Shown in pieces: positions 8,780 through 18,075 of a stretch of DNA of 33,024 bases. The DNA lies in the sequence record SRR20825019_2801. The stretch is one strand, 5' to 3'. Numbering within the stretch: the stretch's first letter is position 1; every line of letters starts with the position of its first letter. Under the pieces are notes generated by a model that saw nothing but the letters and a program-made list of their open reading frames with translations, did no database searches and was not told the DNA's origin. A program made the translations under genes and the position numbers.

Positions 8780-9991
8780 TCAGCTCTGTTCTGTCAATTT
8801 CGAAACGGCGGTGCCAATGGCGGCGCATGCCTTGCGCAGATCCGCTTCCGATGAGGCGTAGGATATGCGGATAAATCCGTCGGCCATGAAGCCAGACCCG
8901 GGCACAACTGCCACGCCGGCCTCTTCCATGAGGTACATTGCAAGATCCATATCCGTGACGATCTGCTTGCCGGAGGGTGCCAACCGCCCCAACAGGGCAT
9001 CACAAGCCACGAAAACATAGAAGGCACCGTCAGGGGTGCGGCAGCTTAGACCGTCAATATCGTTCAGAAGGCCGACGACCAGGTCCCGGCGCGCCCGGAA
9101 GGCCTTGCGGAATTCCGGCAGGAAGCTTTGATCTCCCGTCAAAGCCTCAAGCGCTGCATATTGCGAGATCGAGCTGGTGTGGGAGGTCGATTGCCCCTGC
9201 ACGGTGTTCATCGCCTTGATCAGGTCCTGCGGTCCCGCCGCATAGCCGACCCTCCAGCCGGTCATGGCATAGGATTTCGAGACACCGTTGACCGTCAGGA
9301 CCCTGCCCGCAAGATCAGGTGCGACCGCAGCCATCGTTGCGAATTCGGTATCACCGTAAACGAGATGCTCGTAGATATCGTCCGCCAGAACCCAGACATC
9401 CGGGAAATCACGCAGCACCTTGGCCAGCGCTTCGAGATCGCGGTGGGAATAGACAGCGCCGGTCGGGTTGGACGGAGAGTTGAGCATCAGCCATTTGGTG
9501 CGCGGGCCAAGTTTGGCCCGCAAGGCTTCGGGCTGCAGGATGAAACCATCTTGGACATGGGTTTCAACAGCAACGGGTGTTCCGCCCGCAAGCTTGACCA
9601 TCTCGGGGTAGGATACCCAGCACGGAGTCGGGAACACGACCTCGTCGCCTTCGTCCAGGCTGGCCACCAACGCGTTGTAAAGAAGCTGCTTTGCGCCACA
9701 GCCAACCGTCACCTGATCAACCGAGAAGGAGAGCCCGTTTTCGCGCTGGAACTTTTCGACCACTGCCTCGCGCAGCGGCGTGATCCCCGCCACTGCAGTA
9801 TATTTCGTATGCCCCGCAGCAATCGCGTCGGACGCAGCCTTGCAAATGTTTTGCGGCGTCGTGAAATCAGGTTCGCCCTGGCTGAGCGTGATGATGGATT
9901 TGCCTTCGGCCCGGAGACTGGCCGCCAGCGCGGTCATCGCCTTGGTCTGTGAAGGTTTCACCGCCGCGAGTTTCGAAGAAATAATGCCCAT
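8780..9991 (-). CDS. palB: Class I/II PLP aminotransferase, probable phosphonoalanine aminotransferase
   Basis: GEPDF, NSPSNPTG, DDIYEH and SKSYAMTGWRVGY. The specific function is inferred from adjacency to palA. Confidence 0.75.
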   Translation of the reverse strand: MGIISSKLAAVKPSQTKAMTALAASLRAEGKSIITLSQGEPDFTTPQNICKAASDAIAAGHTKYTAVAGITPLREAVVEKFQRENGLSFSVDQVTVGCGAKQLLYNALVASLDEGDEVVFPTPCWVSYPEMVKLAGGTPVAVETHVQDGFILQPEALRAKLGPRTKWLMLNSPSNPTGAVYSHRDLEALAKVLRDFPDVWVLADDIYEHLVYGDTEFATMAAVAPDLAGRVLTVNGVSKSYAMTGWRVGYAAGPQDLIKAMNTVQGQSTSHTSSISQYAALEALTGDQSFLPEFRKAFRARRDLVVGLLNDIDGLSCRTPDGAFYVFVACDALLGRLAPSGKQIVTDMDLAMYLMEEAGVAVVPGSGFMADGFIRISYASSEADLRKACAAIGTAVSKLTEQS

Positions 9992-10020
9992 GGTACTTTC
10001 TTTACTTTTCTGAAGAGGGG

Positions 10021-10043
10021 TGCGGGCCCAACGCGGGCCCGCA
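10021..10043 (-). other. Intercistronic hairpin after the substrate-binding protein gene
   Basis: TGCGGGCCC-AACGC-GGGCCCGCA, a perfect 9-bp stem with no U-tract. Confidence 0.55.
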
Positions 10044-10051
10044 GGAAAGGA

Positions 10052-11035
10052 TCAGCCGCGCGCTTCGCTCCAAAGTTCGAGCAAACGCTCGCGTTCGTCT
10101 CCTGCGACGGTCTGATCAACGTCGATGATCTTGATGTCTTTCATCAGCGGCAGACCGCTGGCCGCAATCGCTTCGTCCAGATCCCCGCGCGAGGGGCGGC
10201 GGAAGGTCAATTCGAACAGCTGCTGCTGAAGATCCTTTGAAAGCAGCAGATCATAGACGCGCTTGGCATCCTCGGGGTTCGGGCCATCCTTGATCAGGGC
10301 CATCCCTTCGGGCGACAGGAAGGTGCCGTCGGATGGATAGATCAACGAGACCTCATCCTGTCCACCTGCGACATAGCGTTGTGCGGCGTATTCCATGGTC
10401 ATGCCGACCGGATATTCGCCCTGGGCGACCGCCTTGTAGACGCCGCTGGTGCTGCCCTGAACCTCGACCACATCGGCAAGCGCACGAACCCCGTCCTCGC
10501 CATACAGTTTGTAGATGCCGTACAACTGGGCATAAGCAGAGCTGGAGTTGGCCGGATCGGCGATGGTGACCTTGCCCTTCCAGGCCGGGTCCATCAGGTC
10601 TTCCCAGCTGGTCGGCGTGTCACGGTCCAACACGTCGGCATTCACCATCAGCACCATCACGTGGGTGTTGGTGCCTGTCCAGGCGTCTTCCCTGGCCTGA
10701 AGGGCGGGCAACAGGTTGTCGACTTCGGGTGATTCATATTGATCAAAAAGCTGCGAAAACCCCGCGAGGGTCGAAAACCCACTGCTCCAGAACAGGTCAG
10801 CCGCAGGCGCGGATTTCTCGGCATCGATCCGGCGCAGAAGAGACCCCGAGCCGCCACCGATGACGTTGACCTTGATGTCAGGTGCCTGCTCGGCCAGCGC
10901 GTCGAGAACCAGAGCCACGGCGTCTTCGCTGTTGGAGGTGTACAAGTTTACCTCGCCCGCCTGCGCAGACGTCGATACAGAAATCGACAGCGCGGCCGAG
11001 ACAGCAAACAGAGAAATGTCACGGAAATTGAACAT
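10052..11035 (-). CDS. ABC transporter substrate-binding protein (AfuA/FbpA/2-AEP-binding-like)
   Basis: Signal peptide ending AQA, GGSGSLLRRIDAEK..PAADLFW, PTSWEDL.DPAWKGKV..ADPANSSS and YPSDGT. Confidence 0.9.
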   Translation of the reverse strand: MFNFRDISLFAVSAALSISVSTSAQAGEVNLYTSNSEDAVALVLDALAEQAPDIKVNVIGGGSGSLLRRIDAEKSAPAADLFWSSGFSTLAGFSQLFDQYESPEVDNLLPALQAREDAWTGTNTHVMVLMVNADVLDRDTPTSWEDLMDPAWKGKVTIADPANSSSAYAQLYGIYKLYGEDGVRALADVVEVQGSTSGVYKAVAQGEYPVGMTMEYAAQRYVAGGQDEVSLIYPSDGTFLSPEGMALIKDGPNPEDAKRVYDLLLSKDLQQQLFELTFRRPSRGDLDEAIAASGLPLMKDIKIIDVDQTVAGDERERLLELWSEARG

Positions 11036-11051
11036 GGACTTTGTTCCTTTG

Positions 11052-12692
11052 TTAAGTTGAGAAAAGACGGACTTTCATCACCTTGATCCCGATAAAGACG
11101 GGTACGAGGATGATGATCATGTTGATGACGCCAAAGGCCGAGGCCCGTGCCATCAGGTCGGAGGAGATCAGACGGAAAATTTGGATCGGGAGGGTTTCCT
11201 GCCCGGCCTGATAGATGACGACGCTGGCGCTGAGTTCGGCCACCGTGGTGACCCAGGTCAGGATCGCAGCGGCAGCAATGCCCGGCGCCATAAGCGGCAG
11301 CACGACGTTTCGGACGGTCCGCAACGGCGGCACACCCAGGCTGACGGAGGCCTCCTCGAGCGAGTTCGAGATGTTGTGCAGGTTGGATGAGGCATTGCGC
11401 ACACCAAAGGGCAGCCGCCGCACCATCATCGCGAGTACCATCAACATCGCGGTCCCTGTCAGCACGACCGGCCCACTGTTGAAACCCTGTGCCAGGGCGA
11501 TGCCGAGAACGGTGCCGGAGATGGTCAGCGGCAGCAGCAACAGGTAATCCACTGCCGGGCTCAGAGCATTGCGTTTCTTGACCAGAAGGTAGGAAACCAA
11601 TGTCGCAAAGGTGACCCCGAGGATCGTGGCGAGAGACGCAAACTTCAGCGAATTGCCAATCACTGACATGTTGAAGGCCCAGATGCGCTGGTAATGCTCA
11701 AGGGTGAACTGCCCCCAGTACAGGACCGGCCCACGCGACACGGTGAAGGACCCCAGCAGCACCACCAGGGCCGGTAGCAGCGAAAGCAGGATAATCAGCC
11801 CGGCCAGCGCCGAAACGAGGATAGATCTCCAGCCATGCAACCTTTTGCGCGGCGGCGTGCGCCCTGCCACCATCTGGTAATTGCGTTTGGAGAGGTAGCG
11901 TTTCTGAAGAAACAGCACCGCAACAACCAGCAGAATTGAGACTGTTGCCAGTGTCGATTGCATCGTCGGGTTGCCACCCAGTTCGCTGATGAAGCTCCGG
12001 TAGGTCATCACCGACAGAAGCGTCACGCGCTGCGCCAGCGCGATAGATATCGCAAAGTTCCCGACCACAAGCGTGAATACGATCAGCCCCGAGGAGAGCA
12101 CCGCCGGCAAGATGGTCGGAAAAACCACGCGCAGGTAGGTCTGAAAAGGGGCTGTGCCAAGGCTCTGTCCAGCTTCTTCGAGGCTGTGGTCCACCCCACG
12201 CAGTGCCGCCAGCGCGGCCAGAAAGACATGGACGTAAAAGGTCAAGGTCATCACGTAGATCAGGCCGAACCAGCCGTAAAACCGCGGAAACTTTATGCCG
12301 AAGGCGTCAAAGAGGTTGGTGACAAGCCCGTTGTTGCCAAAGACCATGACCCAGGACTGTGCTGAAATCAGCTCGGGGATGATCAGCACTGACAGCGGCA
12401 GCAGCATGATCACATTGCTGAAGGGAAGCTCGTAACGGGCGACAACAAAGGCGAGGAATACGCCCACAATGGTGCAGGTGCAGGTTACCACAACACCCAG
12501 AACCACCGTGTTCATCAGCGCTTCGAGATAGCGGCCCCTGGTCAGAAAAGTCACAAATCCGTCGAACGAAAAGCTGCCGCTTTCACCGACAAAGCTGCGC
12601 CCGAGCACGCCGAGAACAGGATAGCCGACGAAAATGAGAAGGAACGCCAGCGCAAGACAGGTAAGAAGCCCCCAAGGGAAAAAACGGTTCAC
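11052..12692 (-). CDS. ABC transporter permease (two fused TM domains, FbpB/AfuB-like)
   Basis: Highly hydrophobic, with two EAA-type loops (SLEEAGQSLG and SLEEASVSLG). GTG start overlaps the ATPase stop (GTGA). Confidence 0.9.
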   Translation of the reverse strand: MNRFFPWGLLTCLALAFLLIFVGYPVLGVLGRSFVGESGSFSFDGFVTFLTRGRYLEALMNTVVLGVVVTCTCTIVGVFLAFVVARYELPFSNVIMLLPLSVLIIPELISAQSWVMVFGNNGLVTNLFDAFGIKFPRFYGWFGLIYVMTLTFYVHVFLAALAALRGVDHSLEEAGQSLGTAPFQTYLRVVFPTILPAVLSSGLIVFTLVVGNFAISIALAQRVTLLSVMTYRSFISELGGNPTMQSTLATVSILLVVAVLFLQKRYLSKRNYQMVAGRTPPRKRLHGWRSILVSALAGLIILLSLLPALVVLLGSFTVSRGPVLYWGQFTLEHYQRIWAFNMSVIGNSLKFASLATILGVTFATLVSYLLVKKRNALSPAVDYLLLLPLTISGTVLGIALAQGFNSGPVVLTGTAMLMVLAMMVRRLPFGVRNASSNLHNISNSLEEASVSLGVPPLRTVRNVVLPLMAPGIAAAAILTWVTTVAELSASVVIYQAGQETLPIQIFRLISSDLMARASAFGVINMIIILVPVFIGIKVMKVRLFST

Positions 12693-13777
12693 GTGTCGGC
12701 CTCCGGCACAAACACACACTTGCTTCCCAAGGTTACAACCACCGCGTCACCGCGTCCGATGGGGGTGGCGCCATTTTCACCGAAGGTTTCCACCTGCAGT
12801 TCCTGCCCCCCCGGCAGAGCGACGCGATAACTGGTGCGATACCCTTGGAACTGAAGCGAAAGGACACGCCCCGTCAGCTCTCCTTCCACCGCGTTGCCCT
12901 CCGGGCTTGCAGCGGGCCGCAGCCCGAGGTTCTCGGGCCGCGCCACCATCAGATAGCGCCCGTCGTCCGCAGGGCGCATGATCCGGCCGGACACCTGCGT
13001 GCCCAGCACCCGTAACCTTTGCAAGCCGTCACCGCCTTCGCCAAGATGTTCGGCCGGCAGCAGGTTGGCGGCGCCGACAAAACTCGAAACATAGGCTGTC
13101 TCGGGACTGCGATAGACCTCTTCCGGCGCGCCGCATTGGTCGATGCGCCCGTTTTTCATCACCGCGATCTCGTCGGACATGGCCAGCGCCTCTTCCTGGT
13201 CATGGGTGACAAAGATCGTGGTGGTGCGCGTCTCTTGCTGCAGCGTGCGGATCACATCACGCATTTGTACGCGCAGCGAGGCATCCAGGTTGGAGAGCGG
13301 TTCATCCATCAGCAGCACGCGCGGCTCAATCACCAAGGCGCGCGCAAGGGCCACGCGTTGGCGCTGGCCGCCGCTCATCTCGCTGGGCAGCCGGTCGGCA
13401 AACCCGTCCAGCCCCACCCTTTCGAGATACTCGGACACCTTGCTCCGAATGGTCCTGGCCGCAACATGGCGCGCCCTCAGACCGTAGGCCACGTTGTCAA
13501 AGACGGTCTTGTCCGGGAAAAGGGCGTAGTCCTGAAAGACCATTCCAACGCCACGCCGATGCGGCGGCACGAAGGTCATATCGTCTTTTCCAAACGTCAC
13601 CCGCCCAGATGTCGGGGCGACGAAACCGGCTACAATCCTCAGCAGAGTGGTCTTGCCGCAACCGCTTGGGCCCAGAAGTGTAAAGAAGGTGCCATTGGCA
13701 ATCTTTCGTCCCACACCCTTGAGGACCTCAACGTCCCCGTAACACTTGCTGACGTCTATCAAGGAAAGTTCGGTCAC
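12689..13777 (-). CDS. ABC transporter ATP-binding protein (PotA/FbpC-like)
   Basis: Walker A GPSGCGKTT, signature MSGGQRQR, Walker B LLMDEPLSNLD, VTHDQEEA and a TOBE-like C-terminus. GTG start with SD GGAG. Confidence 0.93.
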   Translation of the reverse strand: MTELSLIDVSKCYGDVEVLKGVGRKIANGTFFTLLGPSGCGKTTLLRIVAGFVAPTSGRVTFGKDDMTFVPPHRRGVGMVFQDYALFPDKTVFDNVAYGLRARHVAARTIRSKVSEYLERVGLDGFADRLPSEMSGGQRQRVALARALVIEPRVLLMDEPLSNLDASLRVQMRDVIRTLQQETRTTTIFVTHDQEEALAMSDEIAVMKNGRIDQCGAPEEVYRSPETAYVSSFVGAANLLPAEHLGEGGDGLQRLRVLGTQVSGRIMRPADDGRYLMVARPENLGLRPAASPEGNAVEGELTGRVLSLQFQGYRTSYRVALPGGQELQVETFGENGATPIGRGDAVVVTLGSKCVFVPEADT

Positions 13778-13869
13778 CAAAAGTTCTCCGCAATTGCTTT
13801 TGGGCGGAGTTTGGTGGTCCGCCTTTTGCGGAAAACCTAGAGTGGGACACGCTGCCAATCCCAGCACAT

Positions 13870-13899
13870 TTCACTAACTAATAGGTTAGTGAATCTAAC
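13870..13899. promoter_or_regulatory. Putative LysR binding region of the pal promoter
   Basis: TTCACTAAC-N6-GTTAGTGAA dyad overlapping GTTAG-N5-CTAAC (a T-N11-A box at 13886-13898), in an AT-rich stretch upstream of the ABC ATPase. Confidence 0.6.
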
Positions 13900-14023
13900 A
13901 ATCAGGCTGAATTTATGTTATTACTTCGCATAAAATTCATGCTGATGATAAGTTTTTGTTACATTGATCGGCGGCAGCAAGGACGATCACGCCCGTCCGC
14001 ACCGCCGCATGGCGGCGCTGTTT

Positions 14024-14950
14024 TCAGGTGTAAAGTTCCCACTCCACGTCCTGAGAGGAAAGCGGCCCACCGGTCGCATCGTGTTTGAGCCAGTCAATCA
14101 ACCGCTGCACATTGCGCAGATTGCGGCTCTTGGTGTCATAGAGCGCGTAAAACCCGGGCCCGACGACGTAGAGTTCGGGAAAAAGCTCCACCAGGCGTCC
14201 TGACTTTAACTCATCCTCGACCAGAACGCGGGGACAAAGGCAAATCCCTGCGCCACTGCGTGCAGAGGCCAACCCAAGAAAAATATGGTCAAAAATCTGC
14301 CCCGACAGGGTTTGGCTCGTCTCGATCCCGGCTTTGCGAAACCAGTTTGGCCACGCCGAAATCCGGCTTTTGATATGCAAGAGCTTGAAGCGCAGCAGAT
14401 CGGCGGGTTCTGCAAGGGCAACCGTCTCCAACAGGCTCGGAGCTGCAACTGCCACCGTGATGTCGTCAAGGATACGGGTGCATTCCATGCCCGTTCTCTT
14501 CATGGGAAACCGGCGGATGATGACGTCGCTTGTATCGTGATCCTTACCAAGCAAGTCAGTCGTAGATGTCTCTGTCCGGACCTCAATGCGCGGGAACTGG
14601 CGCTGGAATTCCGCGACCCGGGGCACCAGCCATTGAACCGAGAATGTCGGCGTTGCATTGACGCTGATCCTGTTGACGACATTCGAGATGGAAAGATTTT
14701 CTGACGCAACGGCGATCTGATCAAGGCTCTCCGTGACGTCCTTGAGGAAGTTTCGCGCCTTTGGCGTCAGCTCAATCCCGTTCCCCTTCTTCTGAAAGAG
14801 CTTCTGGTTAAAATGTTGCTCAAGTATTTTAATTTGCTGGCTAATTGCACTGTGACTCACATTCAGTTCTGCAGCAGCCTTGGTCACACTTTCATGGCGC
14901 GCCGCAGCTTCGAAGGCATGCAGGGCCTTCAGGGGTGGTAGTTTGCGCAT
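14024..14950 (-). CDS. LysR family regulator (GcvA-like), probable regulator of the pal operon
   Basis: MRKLPPLKALHAFEAAARHESVTKAAAELNVSHSAISQQIKILE HTH, and WLVPRVAEFQRQFP. Confidence 0.9.
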   Translation of the reverse strand: MRKLPPLKALHAFEAAARHESVTKAAAELNVSHSAISQQIKILEQHFNQKLFQKKGNGIELTPKARNFLKDVTESLDQIAVASENLSISNVVNRISVNATPTFSVQWLVPRVAEFQRQFPRIEVRTETSTTDLLGKDHDTSDVIIRRFPMKRTGMECTRILDDITVAVAAPSLLETVALAEPADLLRFKLLHIKSRISAWPNWFRKAGIETSQTLSGQIFDHIFLGLASARSGAGICLCPRVLVEDELKSGRLVELFPELYVVGPGFYALYDTKSRNLRNVQRLIDWLKHDATGGPLSSQDVEWELYT

Positions 14951-15190
14951 CTGGTGTGTCTCGTTTTCTTACGGCACCGTTCAAATGACAATGTAGAGCC
15001 AATTGCCGTCTCCCGCCAGACACAGCACCCAGATCGACGCAAAGGATCTGCTGGTGGAACCGAAGCAAGCAAACGACGACGGCAGAAATCCCGCTCTGGG
15101 GTGACGGGCAGTTTCGGGATCCCGCATCGCAAACTATTTGAGGGTGCTGGCCGAACGAGTGTCATCGATCTCAACGGCCAGCACAGCAGT

Positions 15191-15598
15191 CTACGCGGGT
15201 ATCTGAACCACCATTTCAATCTCGATTTTCAGATCCTCATTGGCCAGTGATGCGACACCGATACCGGTCAGGCTTGGTTGTTCTCCGCCAAGGAACGCCG
15301 TTATCTGGGTCATCACGATGACCATCGTCGCATCGTTCAGCACTGTCATATAGATGCGCATCTGGACAATATCACGCGGTGTCGCACCGATGGCGCGCAA
15401 GGCATCCGCAAGATTTGATATGACCTGACTGGCTTGCCCCTCAAGCGTTTCCGGCACGGCAGATCCGTCGGCGCTCCAGGCGACTTGTCCGGAGATAAAC
15501 GCCAGCCTGCCGGGGTTGGCGATGGATATTTGCGAATAGCCCACTTTGCCGGCATCGGGCAGCGTAGCCGGATTCATTCGCACGATCGCATTTGACAC
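15191..15598 (-). CDS. RidA/YjgF/YER057c family protein
   Basis: GYSQ, FISGQVA, NLADALRAIGAT..DIV and GVASLA..DLKIEIE. SD AGGAG. Confidence 0.88.
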   Translation of the reverse strand: MSNAIVRMNPATLPDAGKVGYSQISIANPGRLAFISGQVAWSADGSAVPETLEGQASQVISNLADALRAIGATPRDIVQMRIYMTVLNDATMVIVMTQITAFLGGEQPSLTGIGVASLANEDLKIEIEMVVQIPA

Positions 15599-15698
15599 AT
15601 CAATTCTCCTTGTTTTGCTTGATGCTAGCTAGTTAAGCTGGACTATAGACGAACAGGATTCGCGACTGAGACGAATTTAATGCGTCAATTGAGGGCAA

Positions 15699-16598
15699 AT
15701 GGCTGAATCAAAGGTAAATGACATTCTGGTCTTTCTAGCCGTCGTAGAGACGGGAAGTTTCGCTTCTGCGGGACGGGCTTTCGGTCTTTCCCGGTCAACG
15801 GCAGGAAAAGCGGTTTCGCGCCTTGAAGACCGGTACGGCCTGCGTCTGCTGAACCGCACAACCCGCGCCATCAGCATGACCGAGGAAGGGCAACGACTGT
15901 ACAAGCAGGGGCTGGCGATCCAGGCGGCGATTGCAGATGCCGATATGAGCATGGCCGGTGGCGAAGGCATTCCCACGGGCACCCTTCGCATCGCCGCACC
16001 TGACGCGCTTGGGCGGCGGCTTTTGATGCCTGTGGTGCGGCAGTTTCAACAAGACTGGCCAGAGGTTCGTTTCGAGATCAGTTTTTCCGATACCCTGCGT
16101 CACATCATCAAGGACGGCTTCGACCTTGCGGTTCGGATCGGGGTGACCTCGCCGGACACCTCCCTGATCTCACGCACCCTGATGACTGACAGACCCGTGC
16201 TGTGTGCCTCTCCATCCTATCTGGAAGGCCGCAAAACACCCAGCAGAATAGATCATCTGAGCACACATGACCTGCTTCAGTTCTCAAGCGTCGGACAGCG
16301 CCACGTCTGGGTCTTGCAGGACGCCACCGAGTTCTGGAGCAATGCGCCGGGACAGGTCACCTTGCGGCTGGACAATGCCGAGGCTCTGCGCGAGGCCGCA
16401 CTGGCGGGAATGGGGATCGCCTTGTTGCCAAGCACGTTGGTCAAGGATGACCTTGCAGCGGGTGCGCTGGTACGCATTCTGCCAGACGTTGCGACTGGCG
16501 AGGTTCCCATCGTCGCGCTCTATCCCCACAAGAGGTTCCTGGAACCCCGCGTGCGGCGGTTTATTGACATGCTGGCGGCCAACATGCCCGGGCATTAA
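15699..16598 (+). CDS. LysR family regulator (CrgA/DmlR-like), divergent from the RidA gene
   Basis: FLAVVETGSFASAGRAFGLSRSTAGKAVSRLEDRYGLRLLNRTTR, DGFDLAVRIG and PRVRRFID. Confidence 0.92.
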   Translation: MAESKVNDILVFLAVVETGSFASAGRAFGLSRSTAGKAVSRLEDRYGLRLLNRTTRAISMTEEGQRLYKQGLAIQAAIADADMSMAGGEGIPTGTLRIAAPDALGRRLLMPVVRQFQQDWPEVRFEISFSDTLRHIIKDGFDLAVRIGVTSPDTSLISRTLMTDRPVLCASPSYLEGRKTPSRIDHLSTHDLLQFSSVGQRHVWVLQDATEFWSNAPGQVTLRLDNAEALREAALAGMGIALLPSTLVKDDLAAGALVRILPDVATGEVPIVALYPHKRFLEPRVRRFIDMLAANMPGH

Positions 16599-16606
16599 GT
16601 TCTGCA

Positions 16607-17274
16607 TTAGGTTCTATGCTTGCTGCTTTCGGTGGCGCGTCCCATTCCCTTCCACCCCTGAACGCTTGGGCGGGCCACCATCCGTGTATGCCATTCGTGC
16701 AAATGGCCGAGGTGGGGCGGGATCTCCAGCTTGACGATGTCCGCAAAGATGAAAGCGACGACAACCGTTATGTCCGCCATCGAGAACGCCTCGCCGGCGA
16801 TATGAGGCCGCGTCGAAAGGACCTCGTCGAAATAGCGCGCGCCACGCAACGCCTTATCGCGCATCCGCTCGCCCATTCGGGGTTCTGGTAAAGCTCGACA
16901 TCCGGCCCCAGTCCAGGTGTCGCATGATGGAAATAGACGCTGATCGGGTCCATAAACTCGATCTCGGCCCGTTTGTTCATCATGTGGATCATACCCCGTT
17001 CCCGAGCCGAGATCCCGGTCAGACGGGGTTGGCCTCCAAGATGATCCAGATACTCCGTGATAGCGGTGCATTCGGCCAGGAATGTCCCATCCGCCAGTTC
17101 AAGAACCGGCAGGGTGCCGGAATAGTTCTTTTCCAGAAACTCCGGCCTTTTATGGGCACCCGTTCGCAGGTTCACTTCGACAAACCGCACGTTGTCCTGC
17201 AAATCCAACTCGGCCAGCGCAATGCGAACGCGCGCCGGATAAGGACCGCGGTTGGAATCATGCACAATCATCAT
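16607..17274 (-). pseudogene. Glutathione S-transferase (Gtt2-like), frameshifted near 16872
   Basis: The N-terminal frame (GPYPARVRIALAE...GTLPVLELADGTFLAECTAITEYLD...YQNPEW) continues in another frame as GERMRDKALRGARYFD...AGEAFSMADIT. Adding one G (TGG GGC GAG) restores a 222-aa protein. Confidence 0.85.
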
Positions 17275-17286
17275 TGTCGATTGCTC

Positions 17287-17308
17287 TCCTACCTATCAGT
17301 TGGTAGGA
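17287..17308. promoter_or_regulatory. Putative TetR operator overlapping the GST promoter/RBS region
   Basis: TCCTACC-N8-GGTAGGA dyad, with the nested imperfect palindrome CCTATCAGTTGGTAGG. Confidence 0.65.
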
Positions 17309-17372
17309 ACATTCGCGGGAAACCACGCAGAGTCAATCTCCTGCACCGCCGAGATTCTGGAAGCCAACACCG

Positions 17373-17930
17373 ATGTCCGAAAACACCAAAGAAAAACTGC
17401 TCGCCATCGCCCGAACGCGCGTGCAGGCGCATGGCTACGACGGCCTGAATTTTCGGGATCTTGCGGCAAAGCTTGGTATCAGGGCACCCAGCCTCTATCA
17501 CCACTTCCCCAGCAAAGCGGCCCTCGGTGCTGCCGTCGCCTGGCGCTATTGTGACGATGTGCAGGCTGCCCTTGATGCGGTTTCGCAATCTCACGCTTCA
17601 CCGCGCGCCTGTCTGCCGGCGTATCCGGGCATATTCCGCAAGGCACTGGAGGGTGACACGCGCATCTGTCTGGCAAGTTTCCTGTCCGCCCAAAACGATG
17701 ATGTTCCCGAGGAAATACGCGAAGCGATCCAGGCGTTCATTGATATCAACGTGACATGGCTTGCCGGGCATCTTTCCACGCTTGTATCCAAAGACATCGC
17801 CATGCGCCGCGCCGATGCGATCTATGCAGCGGTTGCAGGGGCGCAACTGACGGCGCGCGGGTCAGGCGGTTTGGGGCGCTATGACGACCTTATCGCGACA
17901 TTCAGAGAGAGCGGCCTGCTGGGTGCGTGA
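17373..17930 (+). CDS. TetR/AcrR family regulator (NemR-like), divergent from GST
   Basis: HGYDGLNFRDLAAKLGIRAPSLYHHFPSKAAL HTH, and ICLASFL. Confidence 0.9.
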   Translation: MSENTKEKLLAIARTRVQAHGYDGLNFRDLAAKLGIRAPSLYHHFPSKAALGAAVAWRYCDDVQAALDAVSQSHASPRACLPAYPGIFRKALEGDTRICLASFLSAQNDDVPEEIREAIQAFIDINVTWLAGHLSTLVSKDIAMRRADAIYAAVAGAQLTARGSGGLGRYDDLIATFRESGLLGA

Positions 17931-18075
17931 CCCGCACCTGCCGCAGCAACAGGGTAGAGTGAAACAAATGCGATCTGGCGGTGTGCGCCGATAATTCCGC
18001 GCGTTGCATCATCTGGACCAGCCCTGCGGAGGGCCCTGCCCTGCCCGCGCACGCGAGGCACGAGCAGGACAGCGC

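Noticed and set aside
7878-9991. PEP mutase plus aminotransferase as a phosphonate biosynthetic cluster
   Set aside because: The enzyme lacks the EDKxxxxxNS PepM motif (it has TS). There is no phosphonopyruvate decarboxylase, ligase or exporter, and the linked transporter is a binding-protein-dependent importer.
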